A stretch of DNA of 64,000 nucleotides from NCBI GenBank assembly GCA_964188305.1, contig OZ076892.1; one strand, written 5' to 3'. The notes under the pieces were generated by a model. It was given only the letters and a program-made list of their open reading frames with translations, was not told the DNA's origin and did no database searches. This document shows positions 11,780 through 39,400 of this stretch, piece by piece; the stretch's first letter is position 1; each line of letters opens with the position of its first letter. Source of the stretch: Podarcis bocagei (lineage: Eukaryota). The position numbers and the translations under genes are program-made.

Positions 11780-14700
11780 CCTACATAAATATCCAGTTTC
11801 CTTGGCATTTCTCAGTGCAGAACCAGAGTCCAAACCTCCAAATGAAACAATGTAAGATGGAAAAAGCTGAAAGGTCAGCCCTCAACCCAGCTACACGGGA
11901 TGCTTATTTAAACAACAAAAACCCAAAACTGGAGACACAATTTCTAAAAGACATAAAGGAGAAATAATACTCTGATAAAAAAGAAAAATCCAGAGTGTGT
12001 AATGTTAAAAAGAATAAGCTTTTCCTTTTGTGGTTTTGCAGAGGGTAGCTAGTAGGCAATGCAGCTGCCTCCTTCTGTGTCTCTTATTTCTCAAGAGTAG
12101 GTTCTCTCGTTGGCACCTTTAGCATTTTGAATAGCTCACTTCTACAGATCAATCACTAGCAATGTGCTTGGAGAAGGTGCCAGAGGAAAATACTACTCCT
12201 TTTGGGGAAATGAAGGGTTTTTCCAGTTTTGCAGTAGAGACCCTTGCAGTAAGGCAGGAATGTGACATCCACCCTAGAAGGTGCTGCATGCCAATGTAAG
12301 GACGGCTTGCATCTGCCTCCCTGCCCTCCACTTCCCTCTCTGGGGCATTCAGAAGACAAGGATGGCAGCTGCGACCCTATGAATGTATCCAACTGTAACC
12401 AAAGTCACCTCGGAATGAGTGAGTGACCCAACCTGATTCCATTCAGTTCAGGCTCCTAGTGGAAGTTTTGCATAGACTGGACATTTGCTTAAAACATGCA
12501 TAAGTCTGAAGAAGGCAGAGCACACAGCTTAGCCAGTTCCCACATCAATTCTGTTAATCTCACACGCACGCACATGGACACGCATTGGACGCACACACAG
12601 AGCGTACGAGGACGCCATGCCTAGCTACACATATTGCACAGAGGTTAAGTGCTCTTTTTGCGTAACCACATTTAACTTTTACTCAGAGGGGGTAAAGGAG
12701 GGAAAGAACCCTAATAACTTTGTGAAAAGTTATTTACAAAAGAAAATTGCAGCAGTCAGTTTAAAGAGAACTAAAGTGCATTTTAGAGCCCAGCATGTTA
12801 GTGTCATTGGAGGAGCCCCAGCAAAATGTTTCCTTCTCTAGACTCCAGCAGCAGCAGCAGCTTCCAGCAAATGCAGCAGACTCCACCCCCAGTAGGGTCT
12901 TTATAGGGGTCAGAAATAAGTCCTCAGTTGCCCCCTGGTCCTTCGCCTGACCAAGCCACCCAACCCTGAGCCTCCCTGCAGGCCTGGAAGTCACAGACGG
13001 TCAGCAGCCCAGGGGTTGAACTGTGCAAAGCCCAGTTCTTGACTGCCCAGCCTGGCACCCTCCCCACGCCTGAATATAGGGTACCTTGGGCTCTGCAACC
13101 CTCATCAGCACAGGAAGAGGAGGAGAGGGATTCAAAAGGCTCCAGTCTGTATGGTCAATTTAACAACAACGACAACAACAACAACAACACAATAAATAAA
13201 TAAAGGAACAGAACCCCAAGGGCTGTCCTGTTCTCCACCACCGTGTGCAGCCCTCCCAGAGACACCCAAGCAGGGCAGCAGTGCCAGACAAAGTTTGCCT
13301 AAAGCGGCCTGCAAGACAGGACAGGCTGCTGTCACAGGCAGCTCTCCAGGCTCTGCTCACCCAAGTCCCCAGCTGTTTGCTAAAGTGAGAAGCCCTGCAA
13401 AGAGTACCAAATCCTGCCACACCTGGAGTTCTAGGACAAGCAATCGCTTATGCCCTATGGCCAAGAGGCAGCAGGCCAACCAACTGTTGCAGCCAAAAGA
13501 TCTCCAGCCCAAGGACAGTCTCGGCCCTGCTACTGCCTAGGGGATGCTTGAGAGCAGATGATCCTTCTGCTACCCATCAACACACCTAAGCCTGCCCTTC
13601 AGACTGGGTGGCCAGGTGGGCTGCTCACACACTTTCAACAGTTGTGGAGAAGAGGGGATTTTAGCAGAGGTAGCTTGTCACTGAAGCTAGACAAACACAC
13701 ACTCAAGTCCCTTCTCCTCCGCAACTCCTGTTGGTGTTCCTGTCCAGCCTGCCATCACCCCACAGCCGCTGTCTGCCAGGCAAATATTCTGCCTACATGA
13801 TGAATGAAGTCTCCCTTAGAACACAAGGAGGCTGGCTACCAAACAGAACACTATGAATGGCATCTATTTTTTAAAAGTAACAATGGCATATAAATAAAAC
13901 ATTTCCGAGGCGACATTGAAACCTTAGAGGCTTTTGGACAGGGAGGGGCAGTCTGTGTTAGGATTTTACCCTGAGTAAGTTAGAAGAAAGGATGCCCCTT
14001 CCAATGCACAGGCTGAGGGCGGGACTGGGAAGGCTGAACAGCGAAGAGGAAACCTGGGGGGGGGGGTTGGGGACTGGAGGGTTGGGAGGACTGGCCAGCT
14101 TAGCACCAGCACTTTCGTGACATGACGCAGCCATGAGAGATTCAGGGAATGGGCTTTGCCAGAACTAGCTGGGTGGGTCCTAAGTGGCAGAAGCAGCCCC
14201 TCCTCACTAGCTGAGTCTTCTACAGGCACCTCTGCCAATCCACCTTTGCAAAGGCCTGACAAGCTTCCACAGGGGCGTTTTCAGCCCCAGAAGCTGCTGT
14301 GCTGGGTGACTGTTTCTGATCAAGCTGCATCAGTGCAAATCCTCTCAGCCCCTGAACTTGTGCAAACCCCCAAGCAGCCCACCTGGAAAGAGGCAGCAGC
14401 ACTCGCCCTTCCAAGCAGGTAATCTGTCAAAAGATGTGGGAACCACAGGGCCCCTACTCTGGAGCAAGCCGACTGAGTTACATGTGCAAACTCTGGAGAG
14501 ATGATGAAGATGATGATGTGCCTGACCTGCATTTCAGCACTCGAGTCTCCCCGTCCACCACTTTGCCAAAGTGCAGCTGCCTCTACAACAAGAGATTGCC
14601 TCACAGTCTTGCTCCTCCCTCCCTCACAAACAAACAAACATTTCTTCTCTCTCCCCCTCCCCCCATAATAGTGCACACTTAGTAGTAAAGGCACCCCCAA

Positions 14701-14840
14701 GGAGCTGTAACTAGAACCTCCCGTGCCCCTGGCAAGGTGCAACCAGAGAGCAGCCGGCCCTCAAAACTCGCTCAGAGTGATGCTTGGGTTCATGTCACAA
14801 CAAGCCAACGTAATAAAGAGACAGGACTGCCTTCGCCTTT

Positions 14841-27569
<12,729 letters not shown>

Positions 27570-28089
27570 GGTTTAGTGGCATTCCAGAAGGGTCACAGAA
27601 TGAACATAAGACAGCTCACCTGTAAAAAGATCACGTAGAACAGAGCAGTCAGAACTCATGAACATGACACCCAATTTACTGTCTTAGGATTCCTTTATTG
27701 CACATAGTTGCTTCAGTTCTTCGTGCTTTACAAGGTTTTTAAAGTGCAGTGAAGCCAGCACCCTTATATTTTCTACAGATAACTCCCTGCAGAAGGCCCA
27801 CTTGAGTCAAAATGTGTCGTGCTAATGTTACAAAAAACATGCATCTTTAAAGTCTTACTTCTCCCTCTTTTCCCGCCCCCCCCCCCGCCCTAGCATTGGA
27901 GACTTGCTGGGTTTTGCATGGCGCCTTCTGGCTTTTGAAGAAGACAAGCCAACGATATGCGTGTATATACATCGACTGCTTGTAAAATTCTGCAAATGTC
28001 CTAGCCGAAAGGCTACATTATGTGGGTCACTCTTTCGGTCACCAGGCTGGCTGACTAATTGCCCCTCCCCGCTTAATACTGAAAGAGTC

Positions 28090-28900
28090 GCAGCAGGAGG
28101 AGGAGGAGGCGGCGGCTGAAAAGAGACTCAGCCGAAGGAGGGCTCTGTCGCCCCAACAAGCTCCGCTTCGACAATCCCAAGGAGCTGCCGCCGCGCCCGG
28201 TGGGGGAATTCGCGGCCCCGCTTCGCCGCCACCCCCGACAGTGACCCACGAGTCGCCGCGTGAGGGCGGCTCTCTGACAGGGAGGAGGACAGGGCCAGCC
28301 TCGGGGCAGCCCGAGCTCCAGGCTCGCTTCGCTCCAGGGCCGCCTGTCCGCCCCGCGCGCATCTCACCGGCCGCGTCCAGCTCCAGGCCCAGCCCGGCCC
28401 GTGTCAGTGCCATGGCACCTGCCCGGCTGCCACGCGCAGCCCGAGCGCCAGCACTCGCTCGCTCGCTCGCCCGCCCGTCAGTCCGCTCGGCTCGCTCAGT
28501 CCGTCCGCCCGAGGTTTCCTCAGACATTCGCGCTTCCGCTTCCGAGCAGCGCGGGGCAGGCCGGGAAAGCACCTCTTCCGGCCACGCCCCCTCCTACCAC
28601 AGATGGAGAGAGGCTAGAGCGGTGCGTCGGCGGTGTCTACTCGGGAGGGACGGATGCCTTCAAATCCGCGAGGAGTTGGAGCGTCGGCGAGGCGCGTCTT
28701 CATTGCAGGGCTGTTGTGAATCATCCGAGACCCTGGCAAGGCCGACCTTGCAGCCTCCCTCCCCTTATGGAGAGCGAAAAGCCTCTTCTGGCACCGAGTC
28801 CAGGCTGCATCTGTTTTGCGGGAAGTGGACGGGAAGATGCCGGGGCGGGAGGCAGGACGCGGCGCGCAGCTGGAGTTGAAACGGTTTTTTTGCCCACCCG
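28090..28900. promoter_or_regulatory. CpG island / promoter and non-coding exon 1 of MTF1
   Basis: CpG-dense; tandem ETS/GABP-like CTTCCGCTTCCG near 28533; GTGAG donor at 28367. Confidence 0.8.
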
Positions 28901-30417
28901 AAAAAGGCTCGAGCAGCTTGGAAAGCGGGCGAGGGAATGCACTGGAAAAGAGTGGCGTGGATGAATGATTGAGAGGTGCTTTAAAAGCCTGAAGAACGCA
29001 GGACGATTCGCTCCTTGGCATATCTATTTTATAGACCTCTATTTCATTTGAAAACAATAATAATGCCAAAGCAGTTTATAAAAGCACCCCAGGATGAGCA
29101 GGTACTATTGAAGTCAGGGAGAAGGCTCGATAATTTAGAGGCTTGCTAATTAAAAGGCTCGTTAATGAGCAGGTTGCCTGGAGGGGCCCCAAGTGAGCAC
29201 AAGAGGGGGGGGTCTCCTGCCTGCCTACTCGACTCCCTATCACTCCAGTCTCAGTGTAGGTGGTAACCCAGTCAATCAAGGCTGCTCTTTGCTTGAAAGA
29301 ACCTGGCAGGTGCCCCATCACCACACCAGGGGAGCAGGGCAGAAACAGGCAGCCAAAATAATCAAGCAGTAGGCTTGCAACAATTGAAGACTTAAGAAAG
29401 AGGTAATGAAAGGGACACAATAGCTTAGTGTGTAGGAAATGGAGAGAAATGTTTCTCTCACTTCTTACGGGGCTTGCGCACACATCCTCAGAGCCCCACC
29501 ACACACTTCCTTTCAATTTATGAAGGGTTGTGTGTTCCATTAACCCTCCACTGTGGTTGTTAGAGGGGCACAGGAAACTTTCTAGGCTAGGAGGGCCAGA
29601 GGGTAAGCCCACTAAGAGGAGGAAGGCAGGACTGAAAAGGAGGAAGTGAGAACTTCCCCTGCAGTTACAGCATCAAACATTGTTGCTAGTCAGGGCAGCA
29701 AATCCTGGCTGTGATGCCTTCATACCTTGTAAGAACACAAAATGTGATCACAGTCCTGGGCCTCCAACCCCATTCAGAGAATCAACAGACTCCCTCCAGT
29801 CAAAAAGAGTGAACCAGGCTCCCAGCAAGTGCCATGAACTAGACATGAAGCCAGTGTGGCATTTGAATGGCCAGAGATTTCGCTTAAGCCTACTAGCCAT
29901 GATGGCTATGCTCATGATGGGCCATTGCCTGATGCAGCAGATTCTATGCTCTTATGTTAAGATCCCAAAGGCGACCTTCAGGTGTTGCTGCTGCCAAGCC
30001 AGACACCTCCTTGGATTAAAAATGAGAGCAAGCAGCATGGACGTTAATAAGTTAAAATGTTTAATTATATTTATGTTACATTCTTTGCTTATAAAAGTAG
30101 CTGATTTAGGTTATCAAAGATTAAGCATTAAGGCAATGGCAGATAAAGGAGGACATTGTTTTGTCACAAAACATGACATACCACAGTCAAGATCCAGTGG
30201 GCAGACTGGATTTTTAATATAAAAACTCACTGTGCTTTATAGTGCTGCTAACACAGTAGCAGCTGCTTCTCCCCACCTGACCTGTGCTCCAGAATTAAAA
30301 AGTATGTACATGTCTTTACATTTTTTAAAAAAAACACAATTACTGCAAAATCTAATTTTCTGAATATACAAAACTATTTTTACACAAGCCCTGCCTATAG
30401 TTACTAGTCCTCGGCCT

Positions 30418-33400
30418 TCACAGTGTGATCTCTTCCCGCAAGAGGAACTGCTGGATGAATTGCTGAGCTTTCCGCTTCTCGGCAATGCCTGGCTTGGTGT
30501 GACCAGGAGGGGGACGGAGCAGTAGCCCCCCGAATATGCTACCTGCACAGGAAACAAGATAAAAAAAAAATCCATTAGTGTTTGCATACAAAAGTGGCAT
30601 CTGAGTTCCATGTAAGGAGCTATCAAGGGGGATGCCTGCCCTTCTCAAGGCCCACTGCACCAGCTGATGGTTTTTTGGCAGTGTCCCGAATAATTAAATG
30701 CACAGGAGTTGAGATGCCAGCTCACCACCTCCACTTGGCTCAACCTATGTTTTGAAACAAGCTGCTCCAGGGCATAGTTAAATGAGCTGCATTCCTGTCA
30801 GGTGTGTGACATGCCAAAACATTTAAATCAAATAGGTCACGACCCCGTTTATCCCAGTTCACTCATCCTAGGATCATCCACCAAAGCCAGGATCAGTTCT
30901 CACCAAGAATATTCACATCCAAGTGGTTTTTCACAGAGTGCTGCAGTAGTTCCCGCAGAAATGCTATCAGATAACTGAAGACGTTTTTATGACACTTGGG
31001 CAGCGTGGAAACCACCTGGGAACAACAGAGAAGGAAGCTGTTGCACGCATGCAAACACACTTCCCCCACTAAGGGACCAGGGCATTACATGTCTCCCATT
31101 TTGGCAGCCGGCCTCTACTGGCTCACCTGATTGCTCAGCACATGGCTATCAGCAGCCTCCAAGCACTTGTCGTACAGCGTGTAGCAGATGACCGGCTCAG
31201 GAAGACTCTCCAAGAAGAGCAGCAAAGCTTCCGCCACCGAGTGGTTGCTGCCATCTGGCCAGTGATGTTTAAGGAACAGGCAGTCGCCAAGATGAGGCCA
31301 GTGCCAGCTGCAATGCTGAGACACTGGGAAAGCCCACTCAACCATATGGAAGCCCCAGCGTAGGGGGCCGCACAACCACAGAGGCAGTAAAAAAATGCAA
31401 GATGACAATAAGGTATTCACAGGGGGAGAAATGTTTGCCTCATCTGGCGCAGAAACCCAGCTCATAGGTAGCTGGGATGGGGATCGGGTTGACTGAACTG
31501 CTAAGGGAGGGAGGGGATAAACATGTACTTTGCAGAGAGGATCAGCAGACTCCACGGTAATGAAGTAGAATTGCATCTTATGCAGGGGTTACGTTCCAGA
31601 AACACCAGAAGGCTTTCCCAGTGTGGCAAGAGCATTTAAGCCCTCTGCCTTGCTTGCATTTAACTTGTAGAATTTCAACCAGCCTGCCTTCAACCACATA
31701 TGGTTGAAATCGTGCATAATATGCAATTGTACTGTACTGAATTACAAGGGGTGGGAGAGAGAAAGATAATGCCAGTCCCTCTTTCAAACACACTTCCTCC
31801 AAGGATACTGAGCGTATCCATCATCCCTGTGTCCAGGCAATCACGGATCTGTTCAAACTCGACCCTCAGGCCCGGCTGCTGGAAGAGGTCCTCCTGCAAA
31901 CATGAGCAGCCACAGTGAAAGGCAAGGAAGGCAAAAAAAGATCAGTTTCACTTTGCTAGATCTGCTGGAAGTGCCTTCCTGTGAAGCTGCACCCATGAAT
32001 ACAATCACACATCCCAAGGGCACAATGAACCCAATGCAGCCAAACTCCAGGGCACAAACAGTGTAGAAGCCCCCTTGTCAGTTAGCAAGCACCATAGATA
32101 CTGTTCATTCCCCAGCATTTAATGAGCGCTCCTGCCCCTGCTGGGCTTTGCCAAAGCTAAGCTCCTATCCTTCCCTCTTCCCATAACAAGGCCAAGCACA
32201 CAAAAGGAAGTTCAGGTCCAGGGGCATCCTTCAAACCTGCTGGCAAGCATTGCGGTACAGGTGGTCAACCATCATCCACAACTCCTTAGGAATGTCCAAG
32301 GGCTTCTCGGGCCAGGAGGCATCATTGTCACTTGACCACAATGGCAGCAGAACCTGGAAGGGAGCAACAGGGTTGGCGAAAGGCCATAATCTCAGTGGTA
32401 GAGCACCTGCTCTACATGCAGAAGACTCCAAAGCTCAATTCCCTATGGCATCTCCAGGTAGGACAGGGAATGCACACACCCCCCGCCGCCTGAAGAGCCA
32501 TAGCCAGTCAGTGTGAACAGTCCTGGACTGGAAGGACTGTGTAGTCTGAGGCAGCATCCTCTGCAAAGCAGCATTGCACATGAAGCAGAGTTGGAAGTTC
32601 CCCAAAGAGACACCTAGTCTGCAATCCTCCTCCCAAGCCAACTCCCCCCAAATGTCTTTGGGATGAAGGGCAGCAGACTTGGTTGGCCATAAGAACTCAC
32701 TAGCTTCCTGATGGCCTCTGGCGACATCTCTTGGATGGGCTCCCTCATGTGGCACAGGGTCTGCAGGGGGCACCCGAAGCAGCTGGGCAGGTAGTTCCCT
32801 GACACGGGCAAGAAGTAATCTTTGCCCCGGTCAAGGTGCAGCACCAGGATGTCCTCCAGCTGGTCCTCTCCAGAGTTCAAGTGCGTTGCTGTTGACTTGT
32901 TCACAAACAGTTCCAACTCGACCGTCACCTCGGCATCTTCAGGGAGAAGGAAGATGGACAGTTTGACAACACCAAGCCTCAAAGCATCACACAACCACAT
33001 GTAGTTTGTGGGGTGGGGAGAAAGAGGAGGAAAGATGGATCCCTACAAGGAAGGTCCCTGATGGAAGATGAGCAAGCTCCTGCTGAAAGAAACATTCCAG
33101 AGCAAACCCACAAAATGCTCACCCAGCCCCACTGTCAACACACACCAGGATCCACGGCGTCAAAGGCCTCAAAGGATAAACTGAGAGCTAGTGTGGTGTA
33201 ATGGTTAGAACGCTGGACTAGGACTTGGGAGAGACCAAGGTTTGAATCTCCACTTGGCCACCAAGTTCACCCGGCGACCTTGGGCCAATCAGCCCAACCC
33301 ACCTCACAGGGTTGCTGCTGTGGGGATTAAATGAGGAAGGGGGAAAAACCATGTACACCACTCTAGAGCTCCTTGGAGAAAAAGGTGGGGTATAAATACA

Positions 33401-36400
33401 AATAAATAAATACAAACTGAGGGGCCTGGAGCTGCTCACCTGACAACATCTCCAAGAAAAGGGGAGGGGTGGCTGCTTTGTGAGTCCAAAGAGCTGCAGG
33501 CAGAAGACTGTCTGGGTCCCTGGATGAGGCATTGACAGAGTCTGCTCATGGATACGCAGAGCCCTCCCTGCCCTGACAGCTGGTGAAATGCAAAAGGTAC
33601 TTCATGTCGCAATAAATCTGTCTTTAATTTTTTGCTGGACTTTTGCTGTTCTTGCTACAAACACGGCTATTCTCCAGATCAATGAAGTGATATTTCAATT
33701 TGTGAGCAACTGTGGCTATTGGGGCTCTGAACCAGATTTGTCCGAAGCTTGAATCAAACTGAGCATATTTGGAGGGCCTTGGATGGATCAGGTGCACACA
33801 GCCACAGGATGCTGAATCAGGTTGGGCTGGCCAAGAGCAATCTGTGGCTGTCACCTGGGGGGAGGATCAGGTAGGAAGGGTGGTAAAACACCATGAAAAG
33901 ACAGAGACCCCCCAGCTCACCAGGTAACAGGAAGCCCTTGTTGGGGTTTGCCATCAGCCATGGCTTGCAGTAGGCCTCTTCGTCCAGCTTGTTGATGAAC
34001 TCAAACTGGCAAGGAACGGGCCCATTGTGGATGGTGAAGGACGCCATCTGGAGCTGCATGTACTTCACATCCTTGAAGAGGAACTGAGGGTGGGGAAAGA
34101 ACCACAAACACGGAGGAGAAGGGTGGGAAAGAAAAGGGGACTTGTGCTTATGTAGCCTGGAGAAGAGACTAAGAGGAGACAGGAAAGCCATCTTCAAATA
34201 ACTGAAGAGCTGTCTCCATAGAAGATGGAGCAAGCTTGTTTTCTCCTGCTCCAGAGGGGAGGACCTGAACCAGTGGAAGGGACAAGGGACAAGGAAGGGG
34301 ATTCCAATTAAAGGTTAGGAAGAAGTTTCTGAGGGTAAGAGCCATTCAGCAGTGCAACAGAGTCCCTCGGAAGGTGGTGCATTCTCCTTCATTGGAGGGC
34401 TTCCAACAGAGGTCAGACAGACAGCTGTCAGGGATTCTGTAGCTGCGATTCCTGCATGCCAGAGGTTGGACCCTAAATTACCCTTGAGGTCCCTTCAAAC
34501 TTTACAATTCTATGAACTAAGGGCTTGACCCCAAGCTCCACTGAACATCCAGGTCCCCGCGGCAAGCTTGGGAAAGAGGTCCGCTGGGAGGCTCGTTCTG
34601 TGGAATGCCATGAACTTGCCGTGCCCCAAACGTGGCCTTGAGCCAGCAGGCCCAGTGGGGCTGTATCTCCAGAAGCAAGCCTCTTGATGCTGCCCACTGG
34701 CCAGGGCAGCAGCAGCAACATATCCTACCTCCCTCTTGGAGAGGGTGACCGACGGGATGCTGGCGTTCTCCATCTTGTCCAAGGAGCGCACTATGTCTTC
34801 AAAGGATCTGCGGTAGAGCTCCTTGTCCACCACCTTCACCTGAATGGAACATGCAGCAGCAGAAGGGTCACTGGGGGGAGAAGGGGGGAGGGACAGAGGG
34901 GAGGAGGTTCCCCCTCCCGGGAGTCCTCAGCATCACCTGCCATATTAACTAAGCACCCAACACCCAAGCTCCAGAAGAAGCTGGCTGTCAAACGCATCCC
35001 ATGGGGCACCCCCCAAAGTGTTAAAGGGTCCTGCAATCCCACTCCTCTGGCTTACACCAGCCATAATCGTTGTCCCAGCCCTTTCACCCCTGGACTGTAT
35101 AAGCTCAGCTGATAAGGAAAGATGTCACCATGTGGTAGGTGCCCAGGAAAGACCTACAGAAAGGAGGCCCAAGATTTGATTTGATTTTTTGCAAGGCGGG
35201 GGGTGTGAAGGTGGAAGATGCAGAATTTGCTTGTGCAGCACAGTGGCTGGCCAGCTTCAGAGCTAGCCAAGGTTGCTGGGATTCTGGGTTGGACTAGATG
35301 ACCCTTGGGGGTGCCCTTCCAACTCTATGATTCTGTGGAAGAGAAGGAGAGGGTGGCAAAACGGAGGAAGCCAGAGTGATGGAAGCCCGCCCCAGGCTCT
35401 CACACCAGCTGGGCTTGCGGGAGGCGGATGCCTACCCCAATGTCAAAGATGGCACTGACTGGCTTGTGGTCGCTGCCCCTCAAGGCCATGTGGCTCCGGT
35501 AGCTCAGCTGAGAGATATTCTTCCCTCTCCACAGGATCCGGTCACACCAGGCTGGCGTGCGGCATTTCTCACTGCATGGGAGACAAAGCAAGGAGAAGAA
35601 CGGTCATTTCGGCCACCAGACTTGGCTCCGTCCATTCTGCTGTTGCTCTGTCAGGAGGAGAGCACATGAAGACTGTGGAAACAGCAGACAGCGTCTGCAA
35701 TACCCTGAGAGATGGGAGACCTCAGTCACTCCATACCCAAAATGAAAGGAGTCCCTGCCAGAAGAAAACTAGCATATCAGACATGCTGGTTCCAGCTTAG
35801 TCCTCTCCTCAATACGCTAGTTTTCTATGGAGTGGGGATCTATTGTGTGGAGGAACATTTTGCTCTGGGTGTACCAGCTGTTTTCAACCCAAGAACAAAG
35901 CCTTGCCATCTTCTGAGATGTAGGAGTCACTGGCAGCCCACAATTGAAGTCTGCAGGGACGGTTTCTAGAGATGTCCTAGGAATGGGGGTCCGCATTGCC
36001 CCATTAGCTTCCCCATACTCCACACGGATGTTGCTGTTCTATTAATTCAGCTGCTCTGGAAAGTATGAGTGGACTGGCCCCAGGCTTAAGAGCCACATGG
36101 GATGAGCCTGGAAAGAGAACAGTGCACCCCACCGGAAACCTCCCAAAAGGGAATTATGTAACTGCCAAATAAAATTACAAGGCTGCTGTAAACTACATCA
36201 GGAGAGGTTAGCTTCCTAAGTCCAGGGACATTGTTGTTGTTGTTTAATTTATTACCCACCCTTCACTCCAAGATCTCAGTGCGGACTGCAACAATTTAAA
36301 ATACAACATTAAAAACTTTTTTTTAAAAAACCAACTTAGTTTAAAAATGCAACCACAAAAAATAACATCTCATAAAAATAACAGTAACATGTAATAAAAA

Positions 36401-39400
36401 GTAACCAAAAGTTCATAGTTGCTTATTTTTAGATCTGCAGTCTTTCTGCACTAGAAATCTCCAAGGCCTCTTTCTAAACAGAGATGACTTTTCCCATGTC
36501 GTGGGATACATCCAGTAAAATACACCCTTTCATGCCATTTTAAAGTCCAACTACAGTGGTACCTTGCGTTAAGAACTTAATTCGTTCTGGAGGTCTGTTC
36601 TTAACCTGAAACTGTTCTTAACCTGAAGTACAACTTTAGCTAATGGGGCCTCCAGCTGCCGTCACACCGCCGGAGCGCGATTTCTGTTCTCATCCTGAAG
36701 CAAAGTTCTTAACCTGAGGTACTATGTCTGGGTTAGCGGAGTCTGTAACCTGAAGCGTCTGTAACCCGAGGTACCACTGTACTGACCAAAAGTGGCAGCT
36801 TTCAAAATGCTGGGAAGGGCTGCCACATCCCCTTGCCGGCCTTAAGCCAAGGGGAACATTTTGCTTTTGCTTCCCCCAGTTTGTAAGCCCTCTGAGGTGG
36901 GGCCATCACTAGCTTGTGTATTTCAGGGTATTTTCTCCAAAGCAGCATTCTAAGAGCTATTAACTGGGTTAAAAAACAAAAAACAAAACATAAGCTCACA
37001 GGTTAAAATGGCTTTGCATGCGTGTGGTTTTTTTGGTCTAGTCTTGTGCAGATGCTACAGAGAAGCATCTGCACAAGAGAAGCCTCTGGCTGTTCTGGAC
37101 CATCACCACTTCCCTGTTAGAGTTGGTGACATGCAAAGAACAGAGCACCCAAAATGGCTGTGGTGCTCCTGACAAGCCTACCTGGTGTCCCAGTCATCAG
37201 ACCCAGTGTTGTATTTGTACGTTGGCTGGAAGGAAATCTCTCCCTCCAGGAAGCCTTCAAAGACCGCCTTGGCCTCCATCTGCTTTTTCAGCTGAGAAGG
37301 AAAGAGAGCGGAGAGGTGAAACTGAGCAGCAAAGCATCTTTTGAACCCAAGCCTCCCTCGGGATTGTCCACGCCTCCCTTCCCGCTTTCTTGCAGCAAAT
37401 CCTGCCTCCTGATACAGGCCAACCACATCCATTAAAACTCCTGACTTTGTAGAGCAAAATAGTTGATTGGTTATGCTACGTGTCTTAAGGCTCCTTTGGA
37501 ACTCACCGGGACTGTTTTCAGTCTTGATGGAATAACAGTCCAGTTGTGTTTTGTTAAATTTGCTTACAGATTTCTCAAAAATTGAATGAAAACATTTATT
37601 CAAAGGAGAAGTAAAGGGACTCTTGTAGCTGAAAGATTCCCCAGCCATTCCTAGCCACTTTCTGGAACCAGCTGCAGCAACAGAGCAGCATTCCCCAACA
37701 CCTGCCCTGGCCCCATGAATGCCACAAGAGCTCTGCACTCTCTCTTTGGAAGGTTGACCCTTGTTGGAAGGCAGATCTCGCCTGCCTACCGAAAGCTCCC
37801 TCACATACTTGGTCATGCTGATAAAGGGTGGCGAAATCGTGGGCCTCCACCAGCTTCTTCACCCGCTCCACGTCCTGCTCCTCCAGCCTGTAGTTCAAGT
37901 CTCCCAGCCACAAGACCACACTGCAAGGGAGGCGCTGGTGTAAGGAAATGGCTCCAGTACCCTTGAGGCTCTTCATAGCTCCCATTCCCAGCCAAGTAGC
38001 CCCAAGATGCACAGTGTCAACCCAGCAAATGAAGAGATGTTCCCAGCTCCTTGCCCACCCACAACCTTCCTAGTTCCTCCTACTAACTTGGAAGCAAATC
38101 AGTGACCACCAGAAGGTCTGGGAAATAGATGACCCTTCACACAAGTCCTAGACTTGAAGCCACCTCACATAGCTAGGAGGCGGAAGACAGGCAGCAGACT
38201 ACAGTGCTGGCAAAGAGAGCTGCTTTGAGACTGGTGGTGATTTCCCCAAATAAATATGCAGTCCTCCAGTTGGATTCCAAATCCCAATAGTACAGCCAAG
38301 GCCAGGGATGATGGGAACTGTAGTCCAGAGGACTCCCATCACTGTCTTGGCTGATGAAATAAGCAGCACAACCAAACTATAGATTACACAGCAGATACAT
38401 GCAACTGTCTCCTGGGAGAGGCTTTTTCCAAAAGCAAATGAAAAGCAACTATAGAAGTCTATGAGCACAAGGAGGGAGAGCTGCTGTTGCTGAATTCCTT
38501 TCCTTCCAGCTGTTTCTCCATCCAAAACGCCCTCCTTCATGGGAGAAAGACACCGTGCAAGATGGGGTGGGGTTGTACTTTGAAAGGGAAAACGGCAGGA
38601 AGGAATGGGGTTAAGCAGCCACTCCCCAAACTGCTTTTCATTTTTTAAAAAGAAAGAAACGGTAGGTAATAGAATCAAATTTACGTGAAGCCAAACAAAT
38701 ATTTAAAAATTAGGGAAATGGGGTGAGGTGGGGGGTGAAGAGAAACAAGGCCCTGAGGAGACATACCATAAGAAGACAACAAAAAACACAGTTCAGATGG
38801 GTGGGGTACAAATAATAAAATTATTATTATTATTCCCCAACCCATAAAGCCAAGTTTCTATATTTGCTCCACAACTTCACAGAAGAGGCTGGATCCTTTC
38901 CCACTTGCTTCCCTCCCCCTGCCCCCACTTACTCGTGCTTGCCAATGGTGAGGGGTGGGAGGCCTGGCTCTGGCGGGCAGAACTGCATGCGTCCACAGAT
39001 ATCACGGAAGTCCTGGTTCCGCCGCTCGTACTCCTCAGTGTGGGCTGCCAGGTGGGCGTTCACGAAGCAGACGGTGGTGTTGTGGAACCGGAAGCGGATG
39101 GCCACTCCCCCCTTGTTGCCCTTCATTCGCAGCAGAAGAGAAGCCGGGAGAGAGAGTGAAGGTGGCGACTCTATTCCCTGCCTGCTATGGAAGGAGCAGG
39201 CAGAACAGACTCCAAAGCAACCAGCCAAGACCTCTCTGAAGCAAGCAGGAAGGTGCAAAGAGAGGGCCTAGAAAGCAGGGGGTGGCTAACCTTTTGGGGG
39301 CCAAGGGGCTAAAAAAAAACAAACTATGTAGAAGTGGGCATGGCCAAGTATTAATTAAAGGAGAAATTTTGGTGACTGACAAAAACTTTTGGGCATCACA

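Noticed and set aside
31860-31893. Gln in place of the catalytic Arg in the RhoGAP domain (EDLFQQPG)
   Set aside because: Known conserved feature of INPP5B and OCRL, not novel.
33184-33270. tRNA-like A and B boxes
   Set aside because: No full cloverleaf; they are the heads of SINE copies with recognisable bodies and tails.
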